DNA of 64,000 bases from Phallusia mammillata. Lineage: Eukaryota. How positions within the stretch are numbered: the first letter of the stretch is position 1; each line of letters opens with the position of its first letter. Made by a program: the position numbers and the translations under genes. This document shows, one piece after another, positions 1 through 13,300 of this stretch. The notes below the pieces were generated by a model that had not been told where the DNA came from, made no database searches, and saw nothing but the letters and a program-made list of their open reading frames with translations. The DNA is taken from contig OZ281498.1 in NCBI GenBank assembly GCA_965637545.1, forward strand, positions 4,092,001-4,156,000, read 5' to 3'.

Positions 1-330
1 TTACTATAGTTCAAACGGCAAACAGTGATCGTCAGTTTCAGCCATCCTGTTGATGGTTTTGATCTATTACTAAAGTTGTTATTTGAAAACTTACTTGTTT
101 CTCGGACAATATATGTTTTTGCAGGGCTCGAGGTTGGGATGCACTGCTTTGAGCAAAGGCTATATTAGTATTTCTATGGCAATCTAATAAAGGTTCGATA
201 AAAAACATCACGCTTTGATTGGGCTTATGTTACATGGTTTTATTAAAAACTATTTTAATTTCCTTTGCAGGCTGGATGAACCAATGATCAGTAATATATT
301 TGTTAATAACTTTAAGTGTTTCGAAGACTT

Positions 331-1105
331 TGTAGCGGTTGTTATGCGAAAGCATTAGATTTAAAATCATAAACTTCTAAAATTACCCAAGTCATTTAAA
401 CGTATAAGCGTATTTTTATGTGTCCTAAATTTCGTGCTTGTGCGTTGGGGATTAGGCCGTCACAATTTCCCTTTGTTACGGAGTCAGGAAGCCTGAGTTT
501 CCAGCCGTGCGCATGCAAAAGTGATTTCGGGTTCCCTGCTAAATTTTGTACCATGTGTTTTGTGCTATATAAGGTTTTGCGTTTCGTTTAATAAAACACT
601 CTAGACACTTTTCGTTCTGAAGTCACGACTCTTCTGTGCACTCTCTGCACACTCTACGCTCTGCAGTCAGAACTGCGGGGAACACACTGGCCTTCAGTCT
701 ACAGTCGCGACGGGCCACACCATGAGCAACTAACTAACAACCAACCGAGATGACATTAGAAACAATGAACAACTGACTAAGAATTCGCCTGCAACAACAT
801 TATAGAAAGAAACCAATCAAGAAAGGAAACGATGCAAGATATGGAAACAAACAATGCGCGGAGATGTCGACAAGAAAACATTTTTTCGTTGGTGTGAGCC
901 TATTTGTAGCGGTTGTAATGCGAAAGCATTAGATTTAAAATCATAAACTTCTAAAACTACCCAAGTCATTTAGTCAGGAAGTCAGGAAGCTTGTGTTTCC
1001 AGCCGTGCGCATGCAAAAGTGATTTAGTGTTCCCTGCTAAATTTTGTACCACGTGTTTTGTGCTATATAAGGTTTTGCGTTTCGTTTAATAAAACACTCT
1101 AGACC
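331..1105. repeat. Local direct duplication (331-398 ~ 905-971; 482-605 ~ 981-1105)
   Basis: Near-identical blocks tgtagcggttgt..cccaagtcattta and agtcaggaagc..aaaacactctagac each occur twice; the second copy lacks the ~85 bp between them. Confidence 0.85.
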
Positions 1106-1320
1106 AGGGCGGGCAACTTCTCCAGTCGGCGGGCCTGATATGGGAAAATGAAGTACTTGGCGGGCCGGATTCCTGAATCTATACATTAATCGCGTATTTA
1201 TCCAGTGATTTAAAACGGATTTTTGACCACCTAAACCAGGGGTGGGGAACCTTTTTGTTTATAAAGGCTACCAAACGATTTATCGACACTCGTGTAGGCC
1301 GCATAGACTATTTCCCAGGC
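1105..1320. mobile_element. Fragments of non-autonomous hAT (Charlie-like) elements
   Basis: Left ends CAGGGCGGGCAAC and CAGGGGTGGGGAACC followed by ggcgggcc-type subterminal motifs; no right ends found. Confidence 0.5.
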
Positions 1321-1330
1321 CAAGGGCAGT

Positions 1331-1440
1331 GATGTTCAACTATTTCCTCGTAGTTTGTAGGACTTACGGTCCCAGGTAAATTAAAGATGTTCAACTATTT
1401 CCTCGTAGTTTGTAGGACTTACGGTCCCAGGTAATTAAAA
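1331..1440. repeat. 55-bp tandem duplication (2 units)
   Basis: gatgttcaactatttcctcgtagtttgtaggacttacggtcccaggta(a)attaaa x2. Confidence 0.9.
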
Positions 1441-2150
1441 TTCCTCTCTACATTTTCATCTTCACTACAACATTCAGGATTTATTTAACCTAGAAATTGC
1501 TGAACCTGGAGTTTTTTGTAGTCCTAACTATGGAAATCGCTTTATGTACCACTATGGGACCACATGGGTCTTGTTTGAAAACCGCTGCCCTGGAACTAAT
1601 CAAAAAATAATCTGCAATAAAGTCAAAAATACGTTTCTGTCTATTTTTTTCAGCACCTGGTGCAGTCGGTATATCAACATCTTGCAAGGAAAAAGCAAGG
1701 AAAAAAGGTTAAGAACCACTGCACTAAACATTGAAGTGACTGCTTCAGTCTCGAGTAGATAAGAGAAAAAGGCAAAACCTCTCAAACGTGACTATTACAG
1801 TCAAGCACTTTGCTGAGTCAAAGGTTTGAGGTGACAGCTCTGGCAGTCGTGATTAAACCGGACGTTTTCATGTTATCGCTCGTAATCACATTGTAAGCAG
1901 TTTTGATTGATATTAATACGGTTATAGTTTTGTGGACCTTTGAAAGCGATGGCGGTTGGGGTGAGGCTATGTAATTGAAATGACACTACAAGATGCTATC
2001 GTTCACTCTTAATGGGGCTAACTCCTAATTAATAATGAATGCAAGTCAGATTATACAGTTTCAAGCAATTATATTTTTGATTAAGAGGACAGCGAATTTG
2101 TTACAAAGGTGTACAACGAAAATAAGACAGATTTTTTTAATCAGTTTACA

Positions 2151-4199
2151 ATGGCCATTGATGTGCCGTTTGTACTTTTTCTTTCGGGAGTTTTACTATG
2201 CGGATGCTCGACAATGGCTGTATACTGTTTAGTGTCAAGCCTTAACGTCGATGAAGGACTGGGTATATGTTGCATGTAACCTTATGAATTACTTGTCATT
2301 TACTGTTTTTACTATTTGAGCAGGAACCTGGTCACTTGCGCTTGGTTACGTATCGTCACTTTTTGTTGCAAATTTGACACCTGTGATTGGATGCTATTTC
2401 GGGTGCAAGAAGTTGCTGCTCATTAGCGAGATTTGCTGGCTTCTGTTTGTACTGGGAAACATGTACACGTGTACGTATCAAGTTTTAACGGTAACAAAAA
2501 AATTGCCTTCTGCAATTTTTCTCCATCTGTTTATGGCCGTTTATTTTTGAGTTAAATGTTTCCAAACAAATTGTGTTTGCATTTAGCGTATTACACGGTG
2601 CTACCGGCCGGCTTTTTCCTCGGCTGCGGTGAAGCTTTTGGTTGGACAGCATTTCCCATCATCACCACCCACTTCGGAAAACAACGGGCGAAAAATAACC
2701 CGGCGATCACCCAAAAACATGTTCGATATTATACTGGATATTATTATGGAGTTATCCAGGGCAGCATAGTAAGAAATAATGAGACAAGTTGTGTCAGGAT
2801 AAAATTTGTGGAATCGCAAGCTTATTTTTTCGTGTTGTAGGTCGTAGGAAATGCTATTAATTTTGCGGTCCTGCATATCGATAGATCGTTAGCCGATGCA
2901 CATTTAACATATAATACCACAGAAAGAAACATTGACTACAGCGTTTGCGGTGCCAACGACTGTCAAATTGGAAACATAACGGGAGCAAACATGCAGCAAT
3001 ATTCTCCAGCGTTTCCTGCAACGAGATACGTCCTGATTATAATCTGTGCTTTATTAACTATCTGCTGTATTTTGTTGCACGGTTTATTTTTGCCCAATGA
3101 CATACACTGGAACCTAACCCAACCGAAATCAAATCCTAATGTAGAAAATAGCGATGGGAAGGAAATGGAATTGTCCAAAGAAAACCAAGCTGAAACGAAC
3201 AATCCATCGACTGAGGAAGAAACGGGTATGATCACAGAGTCAACCGCAAAAGAAAACGCACAACAGGAAACGGTACCAATCCTAAACATTTTTTATTTCG
3301 TTGTAAAAGCTGGACTTTCAATTGCAGGTTTCACTTAAAACCGTATTCATAACTACACTTAAAGCCACATTAAAAATTGCATTCAATCCAAAGCATTTGC
3401 TAGTGGTTTGGCTTGCAATATACAACGGAATGACAATGGGTTACGTCTTTGCGGAACTTACGAGAGCTTACACGTCATGCATTTTGGGTGTTGGCAAAGT
3501 AAGACATTGTTTTAAGATCACAAAACAAACTATTTTAACGCGTTGGTCATTCTTGAACAGGTGGGAGTTTGCATCATGCTGTTTTCAACTGCTGACTGCA
3601 CTTTCTCGCTAATTGCTGGGAAAATGGCCGGAAAATTTGGAAGGAACTTGCCATATTTTATTGCTTTCGTTATTGATATCGGTTTGTATGTGTTTAGCAT
3701 ACATTGGGAGTTTAACGCGGGGAACGAATGGCTTGTTTACATCATTTTTTTGATGTTCGGTTGCTCGGATGGAATATGGCAAACCCTTGTCACAGGTGAA
3801 CATGCAACCATTTTTATTTTACTCTTGAATTGCAGAAGATGTTAGCATGTGTTAACATTGTGCATTAAGATTGACTTTTTATTTTCAGCCATGTACGGGG
3901 AATATTTCATCGAGGAACAGCAATCGGCGTTCAACCTGTGGAATGTGATAGTAAACGTTGGCTTCCTAATACAATACGCAATGAGCACAGCTTTTTGCGT
4001 TTACACAAAATTATACATTCAGATTACTGTTTTGTGTGTGGCGATTAGCACTTACGGTAAGTTAAAATTTTAGGTGTTTGTTTGAAGCTTATTGACAAAT
4101 GTGCTTTTTCCAGCTATTTCGCAGTTCATATACTATCCTCAGGAAATTTGTGGAGGCAACGGAGAAAAGACCGACAATCACAAAATTCAAAAGCTATAA
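2151..4199 (+). CDS. UNC93A: UNC93-like MFS protein G1 (~510 aa, 8 exons)
   Basis: Exons 2151-2262, 2324-2470, 2587-2768, 2841-3272, 3328-3498, 3561-3795, 3889-4056, 4114-4199; all GT-AG and phase-consistent. Family motifs GCKKLL, CGANDCQ, AELTRAYTSCILG, YGEYF, STAFCVYTKLYI match UNC93A (GCK, CGASDC, EYTRSYVTCTLG, STFLCVHVKLYI). The exon-4 donor is the least certain boundary. Confidence 0.88.
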
Positions 4200-4543
4200 G
4201 CTGTGGGTTTTTGTTACAGGGATCATCACGTATACACGCGACTAGCATGAAAAAGAATATGCATGTCCGCAATAAAAGTTCAAAGGTAAACTTAATAAAT
4301 TTTACCATGCAAAGAAAGGTGTTACTTTGTAAAGCAATACAGTGTAAGCAACAGTGTATTTTTACGCTCCGTTAGCTGGCGGTATATTTGCCAATCATGT
4401 ATTTGTACATTAAATACTGCGTCAGGTTACTGTGTTTGCCATGGAGTTGTAATGAAAAACTAAAATTGAAGCCTGAACCCAAATCGTTTTTGATAAGCCC
4501 GTTTAGGTTCGAAAATACCCAAGACCAAACAAACACAATAGAC

Positions 4544-4835
4544 CAGTGGTTCTCAACCTTTGGTGGACCGTGGCCATCTGAAAGAAAGTTTTGGACCCCG
4601 TGGCCCCCTTCAAGTAACCCTGTAGGACCTGTGGCCCCCTTAAAAATGTAAATCGCAATCTCATGTTGGATTTCGGTGCTAATTTCGACTTTAAACAGGT
4701 CGAATAGAATAAACAAGAATCCATAATCGTAAAAACCTTAATACAGACAAATAGTATGTGAAATAGTCGATTAAATTTGGGAATAAAGTTAAAAAGGAAA
4801 TGGATTTTAGTGGGTGTTTCTCGTGGCCCCCCGGA
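4544..4835. mobile_element. hAT MITE, probably truncated
   Basis: Left TIR CAGTGGTTCTCAACC with gtggcccc subterminal repeats; a possible right end (ggttggaaaccactg) at 5291-5305 has no matching TSD. Confidence 0.5.
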
Positions 4836-4894
4836 ACACAGCTCATGCAAAGAAATCATGCAAAGAAATGCAGGCGGATAACTAGCAAATAAAC

Positions 4895-5195
4895 CAAAAA
4901 CACGTGAGGAAATGAAATAGGAAAACAGATGAACAGATGAGGAAAAAAACGGCGAAAAAAAATCCTAACTGTAACTTCAATTGACCGACTGAAAAACAAC
5001 ATTGCAGTAGCGAACTGAAAAAGCGGGAGGATAAATAGTAAACAAACCGAAAACACATGAGGAAATGAAACAGGAAAACGATGACGAGAGAACAGATGAA
5101 AAGAACAAATTAATAAATGATACAATACTAACCGTAACTTAAAAAGACGGACTGACAAAAAAAGCATTGCAGCAGCGAAACTGAAATAAGCAAAA
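4895..5195. repeat. ~150-bp degenerate tandem repeat (2 units)
   Basis: aaacac(g/a)tgaggaaatgaaa..taac(t/c)gtaactt..cattgcag(t/c)agcga..ctgaaa occurs twice. Confidence 0.7.
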
Positions 5196-8100
5196 TGTAA
5201 ACAAAAATATAGACAATGTTCGCAACAGGATTCTTCTGCCGCATTTTAACACAACAACATTAGCTCGGACAAGGGCGTATTTGTCAACAAGGTTGGAAAC
5301 CACTGCTTTAAGCAATGGCTAAATTAGTGGTTCTCAACTAGTGGTCCATGATGACACAGGACGTCAATTATATTTTGTGTTAAATTGAAAATAGGCTAGT
5401 TGCCAAGAATTTGTTGAATATTCAGTACAAAAAAGATTATCCAAGTTATCGGCCATTTGTTGTTATCGGCTATCTCATCGGTTAAAAAAAACAGTTCAAG
5501 TAGAACTGACCACATCTGAATGGGCCAGACAGTTTAAACGAGAGCAGTGAAACAGCAGATCAATGAAACAGCAGAAACACTTTTCTGCATTAGCAGCTCT
5601 CACACAGATTTGCTTGGTGTCCTATTCATGCAGAAATGAAACAAAATAGTGAGTTTGATTAGCCTATACCACCACTGAAATAAACGCAACTAGCAGGGTC
5701 AGTTGACACGCACATATAAATTCTACAAACATGAAGTAGTACACGGTGATTCATGGTGGTCATACCTTTTTGATACTGCTTGTTACGAATAAAACTTATA
5801 CAGCACTATTAAACTTTTAATGCACTGCAAAACTGACAAAAACGGCTTGCACGCAATAACTGTATAGGCTGTCTCGTTTAAAACATGTGCGAAACGACAT
5901 AGCCCCAACTAATAGAAATCGATATTAACACGCTTTACTGAATCTTGACCACAACACATGTATAAATAAGATAAATTAAATGAAAGAAACCTACCAGGGT
6001 CGCAAGGTTTTGCTTTTCGGAATATAAATAAGTTTTGACAGGACACACTGTGCATTAGAACGCTGATTATTTCTTGAAATACATGGAATGACGAAATCAT
6101 GTCCAGTCTTGTATTTTTGCCTGACGGAAGGGAAAACAAACCTCCACAACATAAACCTTTAAGTGAATACCATATACATACCTACCAACGCTCTTTTTTA
6201 AAGATAACTTTAAAAGTTCAATGTAGCTTGGCACACAATTGCTGAATAAGTTCTAAGGATGAAATTAAAGTTGATTGAAGTAGTTATCAATTATTTGAAA
6301 GTATAAAAAGTAAACTAAAAAGGGGGTGATAAAAGATCGTTGCTCCTCCAGCAGCAGCGATTTGTAGGGTAGCTTACGGTTGGTCGTGTTCGCATAATTT
6401 CTATAATCTTGTTTTTTGTGCACTGTGAGATGCTGTTTTATTCCATTAGGTAAATACAAAATCTAACCTAAGCTGTTTTGTTAAATAAAAACATTTATGA
6501 TAAAAGGGCGTTAATTACAACATTAACGAATGGTGAAAACTTTGCTCAAAACGTTTGCTTACTATGAAACCACGATAAAAAGAGTAACTAGGAGCGCTGG
6601 AATATATGGTTCCATTTTTTGACTGAGAGTGTTTAAAAATTTGACAGTCAATTTTTCTCTGTGGCATTATAGGTTAGGCACGCCTCGACAGGAAACTAAC
6701 CGACAAGCAGTGCGAAAAAATTATAGCTCTGTCTGGAACACAAACCAAGAACTTTTCTGCTTCACGATTTGCAACTAGTTCCTGTCAAGACTAAATCGAA
6801 TGGCTGTTATAGCTAAGGGAACAGGCTTATCCAGTGCATGTATAGCACCCTACCGTTAGATTTTGAGATAAGTTAGTTTTTCAAGGTTTTGATATTTATC
6901 CGATGGTCGTTGTTTGCTGCTTTAGTTAGTTTTAAATGGTTATACAGATTTAAAGAAGTGGCATACTGAAATGAGGTTGAATAAAGACGATCTATTTAGA
7001 CAGCAAATATATGTTGTATGTTATATTAAGCAAAATGCAAAAAGAAAAAGGTTTACAAAATCCGGTCCTGGTGATAGAGTATTGTTAGCATAGTCTTCAA
7101 TTCATGCTAACTAGTCTTCAATTCATGCTGATAAGTTGTTTCGCAAGAATGTAGGTATAACATCGTGCATCAAAACCCGCACAGACAACAGCTAAAACGA
7201 AAACCTTTAAGTAACCCGGAGAAACAGATTTTACCCCAAAGTGGCGGACATAACCGGGAAATTTCGTATTACCGCTTACCCTATGTTAGTATATCAGGCA
7301 AAAATGTCTGCTGATTTGTACAACTACAGTACTAATAAAATTGCATTATGTTAACGCCGGGAAAGCTTTAGCCGTTTGTTTGTCATTTTGTTGCTGATGA
7401 GATGGAACATCATGCAAGGTGGTTTTGACCACACGGAATTCTATGTTGCGAAAACTATTGTATGTCTATGCTAATTGGCATGTCAGTTCGCGTCACACGG
7501 TGAGTTGCCGGGTATTGGAAAACCTTAAGCAGGAAAAACAGTTGTGCAAGCCGAGCGTGGTTATGTAATCACATGACATGTAGTATACATTTTTGAAACG
7601 ATGCTCAATATCTTGTGAGGTGCTTCGGTAACATGAAGAGGGACATATTCGATGTAGAATATAGATTATTTGGTATAGTTGCTGCTAGTCTTGGGTAAAG
7701 AATAGAAAACTAATCAAGGGTTCGAATTTCGCAGCATAAGTTGCAGATCCTTGTATTACGATCAGTCGAAACGTCTGTCGCTTTTGAACCAACAGTTCCG
7801 GAAAGCAATTGTTGTTACAGCAGTAATCCTGACAGCAACAGCTTATCTGTCAAAGTAGGATACAGTTCAATCTGTGAATGATTATAAACTTCGTTTTGCA
7901 GCAGCACGATCATGTTAGTCTGATTTTCTTTTGTTGCCCAACAAACTTGGTGGCAAGGATTGCAACTGAAAACAGTTTTGTCAGCACACATGGCATAAAA
8001 CTATTGACTGAAATCACAACTCAACGCAAAGGCCGGTTTCAGCGAAAAATAATTGTTTCAACGTTTCAATGGAAAACAAAGATGATATTGATAATCTTCA

Positions 8101-8377
8101 AAACATACGTCGAACCTGTCAGTCAATGCTTCGATATGCATATGTTTTGATGCAACAATTTTACGGCGATATATACGCTATACGCGAGTTATCAACAAAA
8201 GCACGGTGTTGTTATAAGCAATTACAAAGACCATTTCATACATCTTTGGGGATGCTCAAATATTTATTACCTATTTGTAAGACTAGCTAAACTGTAATGG
8301 CATTCCTATCAAATTTATCTCTTGGAACGCAATTATCCGTTATCCAAAATGACAGAAGATGTTATTGCAGCACAACC

Positions 8378-8750
8378 TGGTTGGACTGTCTATAGCAGTG
8401 GTTCTCAAACTTTTTCATATTTTTTTCAAAACGGTCCCTTTGCCATTATTTCGAGGACTCGCGGTCCTTTAGCTGGAATGTGTATTTTAGAAAAACGAAA
8501 GTTTATTGTATGATTTTAGCTGCTTGTTTAGCAATGGAGACAGTCGATTCTCAATTCCAATGTGAATTAAACTTATTCAGTGGCATAAACTAACGCTAAA
8601 TAAGATTATAGAATTACTTCAACCGCTTCGCGGTCCTCCCAAAATTGCCTCACGGACCCCTAAAGGACCGCGGACCCCAGTTTGAGAACCGCTTCATGGT
8701 GTATAGCATTTTTTATAGCGGCCATTGATAAGTGGTAAAACATGCAGCAG
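8378..8750 (+). pseudogene. Relic of a G2-type exon 7, split by a MITE
   Basis: gttggactgt (VGLC) start and gcggccattgataagtg|gtaaaa end (cf. tggcagccactgatcattg|gtaa); mirror of the 20040-20130 relic. Confidence 0.5.
8396..8693. mobile_element. hAT MITE
   Basis: TIRs CAGTGGTTCTCAAACT / AGTTTGAGAACCGCT, ggtcc/ggacc subterminal repeats. Confidence 0.75.
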
Positions 8751-8801
8751 ACCCGATGCATGTTTTCATTGTGAGATAACAGATTCCTGATGGGTCTTTA
8801 C

Positions 8802-8950
8802 TAGTGATGTACCGAATCGGCTAAATTTCGATTCGGCCGAAACCGAATATTCGGCGGTTTTGCCGAATAAATTCGGCCGAATCAACCGAATCATTTATGA
8901 CGTCACGCGAAGAAATAAATTCAGCAAACCGAATATTCGGTACATCTCTA
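8802..8950. mobile_element. 149-bp hAT MITE (TAG-type TIR) rich in CCGAAT repeats
   Basis: TIR TAG(T/A)GATGTACCGAAT; exact 8-bp TSD GTCTTTAC at 8794-8801 and 8951-8958. Confidence 0.85.
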
Positions 8951-8959
8951 GTCTTTACC

Positions 8960-10320
8960 AGGTTGGACTGTGTATACTATATAGCAATCTGTCAAGCTTT
9001 GCTCATTCATTACAAAATTAGCTACTTGAAAGATCATTACGAAGCTAAACACAAAAACGTTCCCATCAATTACGCATCTAAGTCGGAGTTACGTAGGAAT
9101 AAGCTTAATCAGTTAAAATCTTCCCTAAATGGCCAGCAGAAAGTATTGACAACTTTCTGCAAGGAAACTGACACAATTACTGAAGCCAGTTTAATTGTAT
9201 CATAGAATAAAATACAATTAAACTGACTTCAGTAATTGTGCCAGTTTCCTTGCAGAATATTGCCTCTCCAAACATCCATATTCAGATGGTGAATTCGTTA
9301 AGAAGAATATATCTGAGGGGATTGCAGTGTAAGATCCTAAAAACACAAAACTTCACCGGCTAATATCGCCTCCAGTTTCAAGACACACAGTTATAAGACG
9401 AGTATTTGATGTCAAAGACCAATTGCAAAATGATATAAAAAATTGCACTGCATTCAGTTTAGCTTTAGACGAGTCAACAGTTGTGCAAGACAACCCGCAA
9501 TTGGCTGTATTTGTTCATTAGTTTTCTAAAAGCGTTGCTGTAAAAGAAGATGTGTTGAACCTAATCACATTAAAAGAAACAACTCACGCTGTAGATATTA
9601 AAAATGACTCCATCTTAATAAGTTCTGAAGTTCCGCTGAATAGACTTGTCAGTGTTGCAACAGACGGAGCACCTGTAATGGTCAGAAGAAATGTAGGTTT
9701 AATTGGACTGTTGAAGGATGATAACTTTCCTGTTTTTCTTCCTGTTCACTGTAGAATTCAACGTATTTTAACTATGACGTTATGACAACTGTTCTTAAAA
9801 TTGCAATTTGCGTACGCAAAAATGCCGAGATTCGCCGACAATTCAGAAACTTCATTGAAGATTTGAATCTTGAAGATAAACCTGTCTCATTTTACTGCAA
9901 TGTAAGGTGGTTGTTCACGAGCAACGGTTTGATTTGTCGGAGTCAATTAGTATTTTACTTAACCTAAGAAACAAACCTCATCTTCAGCTGGAAGATAGTA
10001 AGTGGTTACAAGACCTTATGTTTCTTACTGACGTAATGTACCATTTGCAAAGTTTAATCTTGGCACTCCAAGGGAAAGATCAGCTTGTTTCAGGCCTTTC
10101 TTAAAAAAAATTGGTTTTCAAAATCAACTCTTTTTACAAAGGGATTTTATTTGCAAAACATTGATCACTTCCCAGGGCAAGTTTCAAATAAGCCTTTTCT
10201 ACGATGCTGTAGGAGGCAGTGTATAGTAGATAAAAGTATTGATTTCACGTTATTTGCAGCTAATAGTCACAGGACATTAAACGCACTACGATGCCAAATT
10301 TGAGCTATTTAATTGACTTA
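8960..10320 (+). mobile_element. Degenerate hAT (Charlie/SPIN/GTF2IRD2-like) transposase
   Basis: Frame-broken motifs LKDHYEAKH (BED-finger like), KHPYSDGEFVK, FSLALDES, SVATDGAPVM..HC, YCNVRW, WLQDLMFLTDV..LQGK; many stops and frameshifts. Confidence 0.85.
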
Positions 10321-10379
10321 TCTTACATCCGCAGGGAGTCTTGTTAATTCATGCAAAGATTTTGCTAATTGAAGATAAA

Positions 10380-13300
10380 ATGTTGGATAATAAGCAGAAA
10401 GTTTTGAAAAAACTTGCTTTTTGTTCCCTTGGATACTTTCTCACATATGGATCCTACTACGCTATACTTTTTCTACAGTCGAGTATTAACATCGAAAAAG
10501 GACTAGGTGAATGGCAAATATTTTTACCTTCCGAAATGTTTTATTATCCATGTTTGGAAACTCTAGAGCGCATTATCCGTTTCAAGACCAACTATTTATG
10601 TTTTTGTCTTGAACGATATCACAGCATTTGAAGTATGAGGCGTGTTGTTAAAAAATACATATATTTTGTTGTATGATGGTGAGAACTTCAATTTTACACT
10701 TAGTCAAACTCTTTTCTTGTATTTTAATCAGGTGCTACATCAGCCACAGTTACATACTGTTGTTCAGTGGGTTTTGGTCTTCTACTGACACCGGCCATCA
10801 TCAGGATGTTCGGTGCAAAGTACGCCGCCATCATTTGCCAGGCGATGTACATCACCTACGTGTTGGCCAACTACTATCCGAGTATGTGCATTAACTGGAT
10901 TTTTGCTTTAGTGTATTAAGCATCGAATACCGTGAAAATAATAGTAGTATAGCCTACATACGTTGCACAGACCCCAAAAATATGATCTCTTAATTATTAT
11001 TGAACTATTTCTGAGCCCGTATTATTTAGTCGTTCCAGTTCTTGTTCCTGCTTCGGTCTTGGTTGGAATTGGAGAGGCGACAATGTGGCCAACCATGATT
11101 TTATTCAGTGTCCACTACGCACGATGTTACGCAAAACACGTCGGGAAAGCAAAGTCAACATACGAAACCGAGTTTGTGGGATATTTCTTTTTCGGATTTC
11201 AGCTTAGCCAGGTTAGGTTTGAAATAATGTTCTTCATTAAACGATTTGTTGCCCTCTGAAATATTGACTTTACGAATAAGACACGGTGCTTGTTGATTAG
11301 ACTTTTCAAGCAAATAATTTTGAGTCTTAACTGTTTTTTGTTTTTTTGCGGCAAGACTCTATCCGATTTGCGGCGAGGTTGTGTCTGGTATATCGGGGAA
11401 AGTTTCAAAGAACATGTCTAAAAACTTTAATTGTGTCCATAACGTTGTGATTCTAAGAAGGAGTGACTTAATTTGCATTATTATTGCTGATCCTTTTTTC
11501 CACTTTGCAAAACTTAACAGATATAGCTATTTTATCCAAGACTGGATGCAGCATTAAAGGGTTAAGTTAATGATTTAGCTGCAGGTACCAACCGCAAAAC
11601 TTTTTTTAAACAGAGACCCCAGGGTTAGGTAATAAGTCCTTTTAGTCGAGTCTCAAGTCATGTCAAATCAGTAAGGGTTCGTGTCCCAAGTCAAGTCAAG
11701 TCAAATGAGGTTCGAGTCTCAAGTCGAGTCAAGTCATTAGCGGTTTGAGTGAAGAAAGTCCCAAAAAGTTTTGCAACCAAAGTAAAAGGTTTGGATCAGT
11801 AGTTCTCAACGGGGGCGTTTGCTTTCACTAAGGGGGCGCTGGAAAATAATTGGGCGATTGGGGGGCACTGGGAAAAGATAGAGCACGTAAAACGAAACAA
11901 AACGTCAAAGTCATTTTTGTCATATCTCTTCCATCAGCGACCAGTAAAAGTAGATGATATTCACTGTATTGTGTACTTTGTTTGCTGCGGGGTTTTAAAG
12001 GTGATGTCACAATGCATTTTACACAAACCACCGAGCGTTAACGTGACGTCAGATGCTTGATGCTCGACCAAACAAAATGATTGCAGTTTTGGCCCATCAC
12101 GTGAACCAAGCTAAAAGCGATGAACACTGTTTGCATCATGTTGAGTTAACCATTTGAAACTTTATGATTAAGTTCTAAAACATAGCTTGTTAAACATTCG
12201 GCTCTTAATTATCGCACTGATACTGTTTGTGAAAAAAAATCGATTTGATTTTGTCAGTTTTGAAGGGGGCGTTTATAAATTACGAACACGTCAAAGGCCA
12301 AAAAAAGGTGAGAAACACTGGTTTAGATTTAGATAATTAATCTATTTAACTAGACTTTCTTATCTTAAAATGGACACCGCTTCATTACAGTGAACAGATC
12401 CCAACAACGTCCTTTTCTTAGAGTAGGTTCAACTTTAATGAAACACGTTAATTGACACTCCATAAACAGCGTGAAAAAAACGTCAATCTGTTCAAAGGAG
12501 TTTTTGGAAACCTAAAATTCATATTTTACTGCATGAACTACAGCGTTTGTTAAGTAATATTAGCGCTTAAAAGCGAATACTTGGTCTTGCTATGTACTGC
12601 ATACGATTGCATTAAACCAAGCAATAAGTACAACCCTTAATGCCAGTGTAAGAAAGTTTGTGCATGTAGCAGCGACTTCGTTACGTTAAAATTAAGCAAA
12701 ATGAACTTCCCATCGTGCACTAAATTGTTGCTGTTGTTTGGTTGAAGCCAACTGAACAGGTTATCCATTATAAGAAATTTCCGTTTTGTTGGTGAAATAA
12801 CGAGTCCGAGTCAAGTCTCTACTAAAACAAGTCCAAAGCAAATCGAGTCCTTTCACAACTGAGACTCGAGTCAAGTCAAGTCTTTTAAAAAGGCGACTCG
12901 AGTCGGACTCGAGTCGAATCACTGACTCGAGTCTCCTTATCGCTGAGAGATCCAAATGCTAAAAGCGGAAGTCAATTAAGTTAATTAAACTGTTAACAGA
13001 TATTTGCCAACCTGCTGAGCTACGCTATTCTCTACGGTGGAAAATCAAAACAAAATTCGACATTGGCAAGAAAACAGACCGAGGCAGATTTTTCATCTTG
13101 TGGCATCCACGATTGTCAAAATCCCAATGTTACTCACCAAAACATTGGCATGTACATTCCAACTTCAAAACTCACTCTCAATCTTGTGATCGGAGTGATG
13201 GCAGGAATGATCTTTGTCGCTGCCATTATATATTTTGCTCTAGTGAATGATATCAATCCTGCTCTTGAACAAAATGACAATATCGGACTTAATGAAACAG

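Noticed and set aside
1331-1440. Repeats at 1331 and 46175 as CRISPR-like arrays
   Set aside because: Head-to-tail units with no unique spacers, eukaryotic context, no cas genes.
1544-1762. ORF with YG..VLFE and STWC..YI as an upstream UNC93 exon-7 relic
   Set aside because: Similarity is too short and weak to support as a feature.
4856-5167. 103-aa hydrophobic ORF
   Set aside because: Translation of an A-rich 150-bp tandem repeat.
5500-6150. Possible minus-strand exon 1/2 relic (PSGK..DMISSFHV; GHQ)
   Set aside because: Only two short motifs; cannot be told from chance by eye.
12761-12955. ORF with repeated RLES/LDLT
   Set aside because: Artefact of the GAGTC repeat array of a mobile element.
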